Shown here in pieces: positions 8,245-15,964 of a DNA stretch of 24,229 bases (position 1 is the first letter of the stretch; each line of letters begins with the position of its first letter). The stretch covers positions 1 to 24,229 of the forward strand of contig CAZDAF010000014.1 of NCBI GenBank assembly GCA_964503115.1, given 5' to 3'. The position numbers and the translations under genes were made by a program. The notes below the pieces were generated by a model. It was not told the origin of the DNA. It did no database searches and was given only the letters and a program-made list of their open reading frames with translations. This DNA comes from an uncultured bacterium. Lineage in GTDB: Bacteria > RBG-13-61-14 > CAYWKU01.

Positions 8245-8961
8245 GTGAAAAGGTTGCAAAAGGGCGAAACAATCGAAGGCGAGCTTTTGGAGATAATTCG
8301 CGGCCTGAAAGCCTACATGACCTATCAGGCCGAGATCGGGGTCAAGGGATTCGAACGCTCGAATTCCAAATCCGCCGATAGCGAGGTAAATTTGTTGGAC
8401 AAAGACAGACTTACTCTGGAAACTATAATCGAGCGTATGGGCGAATGCACCCGTTGCGATTTGCACAAAGGCCGCAGGCGGATAGTTTTCGGCGCCGGAC
8501 CCGAGAACGCCGAGATTATGTTCGTCGGCGAAGCGCCTGGAGCGGAGGAAGACCGCCAGGGCGTGCCGTTTGTGGGCAGAGCGGGGCAGCTATTGACGAA
8601 AATTGTCACGGCCATGAAGTATTCCCGGCAAGAGGTCTACATCACCAACGTAAACAAGTGCCGCCCGCCCAAAAACCGCGATCCTCGACCGGCGGAAGTT
8701 GCGGCTTGCGAGCCTTTCCTGATGCAGCAGATACAGGTGATCAAGCCGAAGGTCATCATCGCTCTGGGCAGGTGGGCCGCACAAACGTTGCTTAAAACAA
8801 ATACCGCCATCGGCGGATTACGCGGCAAATTCCACGATTATCACGGAATACCCCTGATGCCTACGTATCACCCGGCGGCTATACTCAGAAATCCGAATCT
8901 CAGAAGACCTGTCTGGGATGACATGCAAAAGGTTATGAAACTTCTCGGGAAGGAACCTTGA
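8245..8961 (+). CDS. uracil-DNA glycosylase, family 4 (Fe-S cluster type)
   Basis: Cys ligands are CTRCDLHKGR…C. The signature motifs are IVFGAGPENAEIMFVGEAPGAEED…GVPFVGRAGQLL and a C-terminal HPAAILRNP. The start is uncertain: GTG at 8245 as in the ORF track, or ATG at 8317. Confidence 0.85.
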   Translation: MKRLQKGETIEGELLEIIRGLKAYMTYQAEIGVKGFERSNSKSADSEVNLLDKDRLTLETIIERMGECTRCDLHKGRRRIVFGAGPENAEIMFVGEAPGAEEDRQGVPFVGRAGQLLTKIVTAMKYSRQEVYITNVNKCRPPKNRDPRPAEVAACEPFLMQQIQVIKPKVIIALGRWAAQTLLKTNTAIGGLRGKFHDYHGIPLMPTYHPAAILRNPNLRRPVWDDMQKVMKLLGKEP

Positions 8962-8962
8962 T

Positions 8963-10339
8963 ATGAACAAATATTCGAACATACGCGGTTTAATTGTGAC
9001 GGTTTTTCTGTCGGCTTTGGTGGGAGTATCCGTTTGGGCCATGTTGCCGACTGAAGCTCTTTCGACGGAAACGGAAGCATCGCCTCCGGCCACCGGCGAG
9101 AGTGAAAAGCCCCGGACGATTTACTACCTGAAGGTGAAACACGCCATCACGCCGGCGGTAGCGGATTATATCGTCGCAAACGTGCAACGCGCCAACCGCG
9201 ACGGCGCCGAATGCCTGGTGATAATGCTCGATACTCCCGGTGGGTTGTTGGAAGCGACGCGGGAAATCGTCCAGAGTATCTTCTCTTCCAGTGTGCCGGT
9301 GGTTGTTTATGTTGCGCCGAGCGGCGCCCGAGCCGGCAGCGCGGGAGTATTCATCACGATGGCCGGACACGTCGCTGCTATGGCCCCGGGCACGAATATA
9401 GGCGCCGCGCATCCCGTCGGAGGGTCAGGTGAGGATATAAAGGGCGACATGCGCAAAAAAGTCGAAAACGACGCCGTCGCTCAAATAAAATCGTGGGCGC
9501 AACAGCGGGGACGAAACGTCGAGTGGGTCGAGCGGGCGGTCAGGGAAAGCGTTTCCATCACCGATAAGGAGGCTATCGAGAAGAACGTTGTCGAAATAAA
9601 CGCCGTCGATCTGGCGGATTTACTGAAAAAAATAAACGGCCGTGAGGTCGAGGTGTCCGGCGGAAAGAAGGTGAAGCTGAACACCCAAGACGCCCAAAAA
9701 GTCGAGTTGAAGATGAGCCTTAAACAACTGATCGTAAGCACCATCAGCGAGCCGAACGTCGCATATATACTGCTGCTGATAGGCATGCTCGGCCTCTTTC
9801 TCGAATATGTGCACCCCGGAACGCTTGTCCCCGGTATTATCGGTGGAATATGCATTATACTCTTCTTCGTGGTGCAGACGATGCCGATAAACTACGTGGG
9901 GGTGGCATTGATAATTTTGGCGGTGGGCTTCTTCATAGCGGAGATATTCATCACAAGCTTCGGGCTGCTCACCATAGCGGGGTTGACATGCTTTGTCATA
10001 GGCGCGGTTCTGCTGTTCGACACCCCGACAAGCACTGTGAGTGTGTCATGGTCGGTGATCATTCCGGGAGTGGTGGTGATGGCGCTGGCGTTCCTGCTGG
10101 CGGGATTTTTAATTCTCAAGACGCAGCTCGCAAAACCTTTGGGAGGCAAGGAAGGGTTGGTTGGAGAGTTCGCCGAGGCGCGAACCGACCTCGATCCCGT
10201 CGGGTCGGTGTTTTTCCACGGAGAATTCTGGACGGCCCATTCCCAAAAGCCCGTAAAGGCCGGCGGCAAGGTCAAGGTGCTCAAGGTCGAGCACATGAAA
10301 ATCGAGGTCGAACCGGTGGAGGACGATAATGGCGATTGA
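8963..10339 (+). CDS. NfeD-family membrane-bound serine protease (ClpP-class; stomatin operon partner protein, long form)
   Basis: There is an N-terminal signal/TM segment, a ClpP-like domain (…LVIMLDTPGGLLEATREIV…VYVAPSGARAGSAGVFI…), a multi-TM region and a C-terminal OB-fold NfeD domain (…ARTDLDPVGSVFFHGEFWTAHS…KVKVLKVEHMKIEVEP). It begins 1 nt after the udg stop. Confidence 0.85.
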   Translation: MNKYSNIRGLIVTVFLSALVGVSVWAMLPTEALSTETEASPPATGESEKPRTIYYLKVKHAITPAVADYIVANVQRANRDGAECLVIMLDTPGGLLEATREIVQSIFSSSVPVVVYVAPSGARAGSAGVFITMAGHVAAMAPGTNIGAAHPVGGSGEDIKGDMRKKVENDAVAQIKSWAQQRGRNVEWVERAVRESVSITDKEAIEKNVVEINAVDLADLLKKINGREVEVSGGKKVKLNTQDAQKVELKMSLKQLIVSTISEPNVAYILLLIGMLGLFLEYVHPGTLVPGIIGGICIILFFVVQTMPINYVGVALIILAVGFFIAEIFITSFGLLTIAGLTCFVIGAVLLFDTPTSTVSVSWSVIIPGVVVMALAFLLAGFLILKTQLAKPLGGKEGLVGEFAEARTDLDPVGSVFFHGEFWTAHSQKPVKAGGKVKVLKVEHMKIEVEPVEDDNGD

Positions 10340-10634
10340 TTCGACGATATTATGGACGGTAGTCACCGTAGTGTTTTTAACGGTCGGCTTGGTGGTGTTA
10401 ACGCTATATTACTTTTTCAGGGAGCGTAAAGACAAGCCGATAGGCGGCAGGCCGGCGCTTTTGGGCGAGATAGGCGTGGCCCGCACGGACCTCGATCCCG
10501 AAGGAAGGGTGCTGGTGCACGGCGAATGGTGGAACGCGCGCGCCGATGAACGGATACCGGAAGGCACAAAAATCCGAATAATCGACGCGGATAAAATGAT
10601 GCTCAAAGTCGAACGCGCACCGGAGGACGCATGA
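10329..10634 (+). CDS. NfeD-like short form (single TM plus C-terminal OB-fold domain)
   Basis: The 101-aa product has one TM helix followed by …GVARTDLDPEGRVLVHGEWWNARADERIPEGTKIRII…, a paralogous repeat of the C-terminal domain of the preceding gene. It overlaps the long nfeD by 11 nt. Confidence 0.7.
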   Translation: MAIDSTILWTVVTVVFLTVGLVVLTLYYFFRERKDKPIGGRPALLGEIGVARTDLDPEGRVLVHGEWWNARADERIPEGTKIRIIDADKMMLKVERAPEDA

Positions 10635-11473
10635 CCTCTAAATCCCGCAGTTCCCTTAAAAGCGAATATGGGAACCAACGAGCCTATTTGGCGCGGGTAG
10701 CCGCTAAAAGAGAAAAGAGAATTTGTAAGATTACAGATGTATTGAAGGAAGCTTTTTCCGGATACATTCGCAGAGAAATCGCAGAATTTATATATTTTTC
10801 TGAAATATCCGGGGAGGAACTGGCAAAAGCGTTCTTCCAATATCCTGAAGTGTTGAAACCGGTGTTGAGTTTATGCAATGTTGCGGCAAGGGCATTGGAA
10901 CGTGACCTGGACATAAAAAATTTAAATACTTACAACCCGAGGTTAAACGAAGTAAATGCCTCTATCCTTGCTGGTTATATCAAGCCGATGCTGCCAGAAA
11001 GAACAGCTATAGAGTCATTGGTTGAAATTGATCGCATCTTTTATATCGATAAGGAAATCAGAAAAGAAAAAGGTGCTTGGGAAAAGGACATACTACTTGC
11101 TTTGAACCGCCATGGAAAGCAACAATTTCGGAAAAGGAAGTTTAACTGGAAGGGAGATATGTTTGAGCTTGATGCTGCCAGTCCCGAGGATGGCAAAATT
11201 AAAGTCGGTATTGACATCAAGCGAGTGGAAGCGAGAAGAGATATTCACAAAAGATGCGATGAGATCTTTACCAAAGCTGAAAAATTCAAAGGAGTATTTC
11301 CACGTGCTTCATTTGGAGCGGTAATATATTATCCTTTTGTAGAGGAACAACAGAACATCAGGGATAGACTAAGGTCAAGTAATATCGATTCAGTCGTTTT
11401 CGCGTCTGAAAAGGAAACTTCTATAACTCAAGCGGTAAAATTGTTATTGGGCAAGGTGAAATGGAAAAAGTGA
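10631..11473 (+). CDS. hypothetical protein; candidate Type II restriction endonuclease (PD-(D/E)XK-like) of an R-M pair
   Basis: The 280-aa ORF is in low-GC DNA. Its ATG overlaps the TGA of the upstream gene (ATGA), and its 3' end overlaps the downstream DNA methyltransferase by 13 nt. It contains the motif MFELD(181)-x13-GID(195)IK(197), consistent with a PD-(D/E)XK catalytic core. I recognised no other family. Confidence 0.4.
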   Translation: MTSKSRSSLKSEYGNQRAYLARVAAKREKRICKITDVLKEAFSGYIRREIAEFIYFSEISGEELAKAFFQYPEVLKPVLSLCNVAARALERDLDIKNLNTYNPRLNEVNASILAGYIKPMLPERTAIESLVEIDRIFYIDKEIRKEKGAWEKDILLALNRHGKQQFRKRKFNWKGDMFELDAASPEDGKIKVGIDIKRVEARRDIHKRCDEIFTKAEKFKGVFPRASFGAVIYYPFVEEQQNIRDRLRSSNIDSVVFASEKETSITQAVKLLLGKVKWKK

Positions 11474-12342
11474 CCCAACAAATATCCGATTCAAATATCC
11501 ACACTACGCACCGATTGGTGCTCGGGGACGCTCGGGAAATGGGGTTCCTTGATGATGGATCGATTCACTTGGTTGTGACTTCCCCTCCTTACTGGAACCT
11601 GAAAAAGTATAATGAACATCCCGAGCAACTCGGCAACATGGATGATTACGAGGAGTTCTTGGGGGAAATTGAGAAAATATGGCGGGAATGCTATCGGGTT
11701 CTTGTTCCCGGCGGTAGGTTGGTATGCGTGGTCGGGGATGTATGTTTATCTCGTCGCAGGCATGGCAGACACGTGGTGGTTCCGCTTCATGCGGATATAT
11801 GCGTCCAATGCCGGCACATCGGTTTCGATAATCTTAATCCTATTATATGGTCCAAGATTTCCAATGCCAGTTACGAGGTGGAGCGAGGGTCGAAATTTCT
11901 TGGTAAACCTTATGAACCAAACGCGATCATAAAAAATGATATCGAGTTTATTTTAATGCAGCGTAAGCCGGGAGCGTATCGCAAACCTACGGCTGAGCAA
12001 AGGCACTTGAGCCGTATCAGCAAAGAGGAATATCCTCTTTGGTTCCGGCAATTCTGGGATATAACCGGCGCTTCCACCAGGGATCACCCCGCGCCTTTCC
12101 CGATCAAGCTGGCGTACCGACTGGTAAGGATGTTTTCTTTTGTGGGCGACACTGTTCTCGATCCTTTTTGTGGTATGGGCACAACCATGGTGGCGTCTTA
12201 CCGGGCGGGTCGAAATTCCATCGGTGTCGAAATTGATCCGCAATACATCAAATTGGCCCGCAGCAGGTTGAGGAAGGAAATTCCGAGTCTTTTTAAAGAC
12301 GCGAATATTATCGAAGAGCAACATGCGGCGCAGACGAAATAG
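11461..12342 (+). CDS. DNA methyltransferase, beta-class N4-cytosine/N6-adenine (N6_N4_Mtase, SPPY type)
   Basis: Motif IV (HLVVTSPPYWNL) precedes motif I (VLDPFCGMGTTMVA). This beta-group order is shared with M.PvuII/M.BamHI-like enzymes. SPPY favours N4-cytosine specificity. Confidence 0.85.
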   Translation: MEKVTQQISDSNIHTTHRLVLGDAREMGFLDDGSIHLVVTSPPYWNLKKYNEHPEQLGNMDDYEEFLGEIEKIWRECYRVLVPGGRLVCVVGDVCLSRRRHGRHVVVPLHADICVQCRHIGFDNLNPIIWSKISNASYEVERGSKFLGKPYEPNAIIKNDIEFILMQRKPGAYRKPTAEQRHLSRISKEEYPLWFRQFWDITGASTRDHPAPFPIKLAYRLVRMFSFVGDTVLDPFCGMGTTMVASYRAGRNSIGVEIDPQYIKLARSRLRKEIPSLFKDANIIEEQHAAQTK

Positions 12343-12357
12343 CAAGGAAACTCAAAC

Positions 12358-12555
12358 ATGGAAAAAGTAGTGGTAAGGCGATGTGAGACTTATGATAAGG
12401 ATTTCATAAAGTCCATGATCCGGGAGGGGATGGAGGAGTTGGGTTTCAAGCCGACGGGAAAGGCCATTATCAAGCCCAACACCGTTTACGCTCACAAGCG
12501 TTATGCCACTATAAGTCCGCACGGAAGGAAAGCGCTTAATCTATTGAAGGCGTGA
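12358..12555 (+). pseudogene. truncated N-terminal remnant (65 codons) of a DUF362-family gene
   Basis: MEKVVVRRCETYDKDFIKSMIREGMEELGF…GKAIIKPNTVYA resembles the conserved N-terminus of DUF362 proteins (…KV.F.K...YD.E.v..ai...l..LGG....IKPG..VLIKPNLv), which are normally 300-400 aa. Here the frame stops after 65 codons, 67 nt before the next gene. Confidence 0.45.
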
Positions 12556-12597
12556 TAGTTCAGGTTCATAAAGAAACTGAGCTTGGAAGTTTAACTT

Positions 12598-12620
12598 AAA
12601 AAAGAGGAAGGAGGAAGAGG
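12598..12620 (+). promoter_or_regulatory. purine-rich ribosome-binding region (AAAAGAGGAAGGAGGAAGAGG) for the stomatin-like gene
   Basis: A GGAGG core sits about 8 nt upstream of the ATG at 12623. Confidence 0.6.
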
Positions 12621-12622
12621 CA

Positions 12623-13426
12623 ATGGAATTTTTTAACCCTATTCTTTCAATCGGAGCGGCGGGACCACAATTTATTGTACCGATAGTCATCATCGTTTTC
12701 CTGCTCATGAGCATGATAAAAATCATCAAGGAGTATGAACGGGCGGTGGTGTTTCGACTGGGTAAATACGCCGGAGTGCGCGGCCCGGGGATCATTATCA
12801 TCATTCCGATAATCGAGCATGTCGAGCAGCGTATAGACATGCGCACCATACCGCACGATGTTCCACCGCAGGACGTCATTACCAAGGACAACGTTTCGAT
12901 AAAGGTCAATGCCGTTGTGTTTTTCCGCGTCATGGACGCTGAAAAGGCGGTCATCGAGGTCGTCAACTGGTACATGGCTACGAGCCAGTTGGCCCAGACC
13001 ATGCTTCGCAGCGTGCTCGGTGGGGCGGAATTGCAGGATATACTTCAGGAGCGCGAACAACTGAATATGGAACTCCAGAAAGACCTCGATATCCATACCG
13101 ACCCCTGGGGCATCAAGGTAAGCGCCGTCGAGATCAAGCACATAGACTTGCCTCTCGAGATGCAGAGGAGCATGGCCGCGCAGGCCGAGGCCGACAGGGA
13201 GCGTCGGGCGAAGATCATACATGCCGACGGCGAATTCCAGGCGGCGCAAAAGCTTCACGAAGCCAGCGATGTCATTTCAAAAAATCCGGTGGCATTACAG
13301 CTTCGCTTCCTGCAAACTCTGGCCGAAATCGCGACAGAGAACAGCTCGACAATAGTATTCCCGGTTCCCATAGACATTCTACGAGCGTTCACGAACCTTA
13401 TGGAAGGGAAGGGAAGTTCGGCGTAA
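12623..13426 (+). CDS. SPFH/band-7 family protein, prokaryotic stomatin (slipin)-like
   Basis: There is an N-terminal TM helix, then [13 protein letters not shown]…GPGIIIIIP…[18 protein letters not shown]…[15 protein letters not shown]…[18 protein letters not shown]…[17 protein letters not shown] align this closely with archaeal/bacterial p-stomatins such as PH1511. Confidence 0.9.
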   Translation: MEFFNPILSIGAAGPQFIVPIVIIVFLLMSMIKIIKEYERAVVFRLGKYAGVRGPGIIIIIPIIEHVEQRIDMRTIPHDVPPQDVITKDNVSIKVNAVVFFRVMDAEKAVIEVVNWYMATSQLAQTMLRSVLGGAELQDILQEREQLNMELQKDLDIHTDPWGIKVSAVEIKHIDLPLEMQRSMAAQAEADRERRAKIIHADGEFQAAQKLHEASDVISKNPVALQLRFLQTLAEIATENSSTIVFPVPIDILRAFTNLMEGKGSSA

Positions 13427-13464
13427 AAGATTAAAGAGACTTTTTCTGAAAAGCCTCATCGGCT

Positions 13465-13668
13465 TTGGCTGTTATGCTCAAGCAATTCGCAGTAATTTTA
13501 GGGGCAATCCTGGTAATCGAGGGGTTGCCCTACCTGGCCGCTCCGTCATGGATGAAGAAGATGATGGAGCAGGTGCGCCTGCTGCCGGACACATGGTTGC
13601 GGATAGCGGGCATGACGGCGGTCGCGGTGGGTTTGGCAATCGTATGGTATGCCGGACACATGGATTAG
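13465..13668 (+). CDS. DUF2065 (YjeT-like) small membrane protein
   Basis: The 67-aa product has two TM segments (…ILGAILVIEGLPYLAAP…MTAVAVGLAIVWYAG). It resembles the yjeT family, which follows hflK-hflC in enterobacteria; here it follows a stomatin-like gene. Confidence 0.55.
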   Translation: MAVMLKQFAVILGAILVIEGLPYLAAPSWMKKMMEQVRLLPDTWLRIAGMTAVAVGLAIVWYAGHMD

Positions 13669-13694
13669 GATTGAGTTGACGCAGTGCGAATTTC

Positions 13695-14819
13695 ATGATA
13701 AACATACTTTATCTTAAAAACTGGTTGCACCCTCTGGTCGGATTACTGCTGACCGTTTTTTCGTCAGGGGGAGAAGCAGAGGGCGTAAAACTCAAGGTGG
13801 TCATAGCGGAAGGGGCGCCCAAAGTGGTGGTATCCGGCGAGGGGCTTGGCGTTAAAGTTGCCGGCAGGAAATGGCATCCTGGAAATCGCATCAAGATAAA
13901 GACGCGAGGAAAAGCCCTCGATATTGGCGGCAGGACGTTCCGCAAGCCGGTTCGAGTGACCACCGACGCGGATTTCCTGTATGTTGACGGCCGGCAATAC
14001 AGGGGGGATATAATCGTTCACGGCGGTAAGGGCGGCCTGCTCGTCGTGGATGAGTTGCCTTTGGAAACTTACCTGGTCGGGCTTATAAACGCTGAAGCGC
14101 ATTCAAGTTGGCCTCGTGAAGCCATAAGGGCGCAGGCGGTCGCCGCCCGATCTTATGCGATGCTTCGAATCGACCGGAGCGGGTCGAGGTCTTTTGACCT
14201 GCGAGCCACAGTGGCCGACCAGGTATATCTGGGCAGCGCGCTTGAAGATCCCGCAGCAGCCGATGCTGTGCGAAGCACTCGGGGGGAAGTGTTGAGCTTC
14301 GGCGGCCGGGTTGCAAAGGCTTTCTATCACTCGACATGCGGCGGTCGTACCGCCGGTGTGAAAGAGGTTTGGGGAGGGGATTTTCCTTACTTACGCAGTG
14401 TCGAATGCGATTGGTGCCAGGAGAGTCCTCGCTACTTTTGGCGTTATCAGATCGATGGAATGAAGATAAGCGCCGCGTTGGCACGTAGCGGTATCAAGGT
14501 CGGATCGGTGAAGGAGATAAAAATCGTCGGTAAAACCCCAAGTGGTCGAAACGACAAGGTAAAAATCGTCGGAGGCGGTCGCAATAAAATTATAAAAGCC
14601 TCGACCTTGAGAAAAACGCTCGGATATACGAACATATTCTCAACGCGCTTCGAGGTTTTCGAGCCGGATGCGGGGAAATTCCTCTTTATGGGAAGAGGAT
14701 CCGGTCATGGAGTGGGGATGTGCCAATGGGGAGCAAGAGGCATGGCGGCCCTGGGTAAAAAGTACCGCGAAGTTCTGCTTTATTATTACCCGGGATGCTC
14801 CATTATGAAAGCTTATTAG
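13695..14819 (+). CDS. SpoIID/LytB domain protein (lytic transglycosylase / amidase enhancer)
   Basis: Family-typical blocks include …YLVGLINAEAHSSWPREAIRAQAVAARSYA…FYHSTCGGRT…GHGVGMCQWGA. Confidence 0.85.
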   Translation: MINILYLKNWLHPLVGLLLTVFSSGGEAEGVKLKVVIAEGAPKVVVSGEGLGVKVAGRKWHPGNRIKIKTRGKALDIGGRTFRKPVRVTTDADFLYVDGRQYRGDIIVHGGKGGLLVVDELPLETYLVGLINAEAHSSWPREAIRAQAVAARSYAMLRIDRSGSRSFDLRATVADQVYLGSALEDPAAADAVRSTRGEVLSFGGRVAKAFYHSTCGGRTAGVKEVWGGDFPYLRSVECDWCQESPRYFWRYQIDGMKISAALARSGIKVGSVKEIKIVGKTPSGRNDKVKIVGGGRNKIIKASTLRKTLGYTNIFSTRFEVFEPDAGKFLFMGRGSGHGVGMCQWGARGMAALGKKYREVLLYYYPGCSIMKAY

Positions 14820-14850
14820 TGGTATGAATATTATCCGGAGGTAGGAACTC

Positions 14851-15945
14851 ATGGGAGAGACGAAAAAAGACCTCGAGAAAAAAGTAACGACTCTTGATAA
14901 GGAACGCAAGAAACTCACCAAAGCCAACCAGAAATTGAATCAGAGAGTGCTCGAGCTTTACACTCTTTACAATATCTCGAAAAGCTTGAGCTTGTCGCTG
15001 CAACTCGATGAGCTTTTTGAAACCACCATGAAGGTTATCGGGGAAACTCTGAACGTTTCTGAATACAATCTCATGTTGTTGGACGAGGCCACGAATCAGC
15101 TTTACATGCAGGCCGTTCACGGTTTTGACGACGACTGCATACGGAAAGCCGTACTCAGCCCCGGAGAAGGTATTCCCGGACAAGTGCTCAAAGACGGTAA
15201 GGCCGTCATGGTGGATGACTTGGGTCGGAGAAAAGATTGGGTCTATGCAAAAGGGGAAAAGCCCCTGAAAGGTTCCCACCTCGGAATACCGCTGAAAAGA
15301 CCCGACGGCGCCGTCATAGGCGTGATGAACGCACACAAGCCCAAGAGGAAATCTTTTAACAAGGAAGATGTCAGGCTGTTCGAGGCCGTGGCGGAGCATG
15401 TAGCCGTTGCGCTCGAAAACGCCCGTACGTACCAGAAGACCAGGGACCTTAGCCATCGCGACGACCTCACCGGGTTGTTTAATCGCCGTTATTTCTTCGA
15501 GCGTTTTGAGCGTGAGGTCGAGCGCGCAAAACGGTACAACAGGCTGTTCAGTATGATCCTGATGGACCTCGATTATTTCAAGCGGTACAACGATGCTTAC
15601 GGGCACCTGTCCGGTGACCGCGCGCTGCAAGCGGTGGCAAATGAATTACGCAAAAACATTAGAAAAGTGGACATCCTGGCCCGTTACGGCGGTGAAGAGT
15701 TCGTTATCATTCTCCCTGAAACGAACAAGGAAGACGCCGTGCTGGTGGCGGATAAATTACGCAGTTCGGTCGAAGAGCTGGGTCTCGGCGCCGCTGAAGG
15801 GGGCGATATTCTCACGCTAACCGCAGGCATCGCCAGCTTGCCGCTGGACGCCACCGAAGCGTTCGATTTGATCGAAGCCGCCGATAAGGCCATGTACATG
15901 GGTAAGGCACAGGGCCGGAACTGCGTCAGAGCCGCGGCCGACTGA
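14851..15945 (+). CDS. GAF-domain sensor diguanylate cyclase (GGDEF)
   Basis: The N-terminus is a coiled coil, followed by a GAF-like region. The GGDEF domain has the active site RYGGEEF and an intact I-site RKVD five residues upstream. Confidence 0.85.
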   Translation: MGETKKDLEKKVTTLDKERKKLTKANQKLNQRVLELYTLYNISKSLSLSLQLDELFETTMKVIGETLNVSEYNLMLLDEATNQLYMQAVHGFDDDCIRKAVLSPGEGIPGQVLKDGKAVMVDDLGRRKDWVYAKGEKPLKGSHLGIPLKRPDGAVIGVMNAHKPKRKSFNKEDVRLFEAVAEHVAVALENARTYQKTRDLSHRDDLTGLFNRRYFFERFEREVERAKRYNRLFSMILMDLDYFKRYNDAYGHLSGDRALQAVANELRKNIRKVDILARYGGEEFVIILPETNKEDAVLVADKLRSSVEELGLGAAEGGDILTLTAGIASLPLDATEAFDLIEAADKAMYMGKAQGRNCVRAAAD

Positions 15946-15964
15946 TGTGGATGTATGAACGGGA

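Noticed and set aside
8221-8466. N-terminal extension of the PLC-like ORF to 373 aa
   Set aside because: The extension is antisense to the udg N-terminus and precedes a clean signal peptide, so the internal Met at 8220 is the better start.
13427-13464. Possible terminator hairpin AAAGCC-TCATC-GGCTTT after the stomatin gene
   Set aside because: The stem is only 6 bp and AT-rich at its base, no U-tract follows, and the DUF2065 gene starts 38 nt later. It is more likely just spacer sequence.
14803-15630. 275-aa minus-strand ORF
   Set aside because: It is antisense to the GAF-GGDEF gene, which has clear catalytic motifs, and it has no family resemblance.
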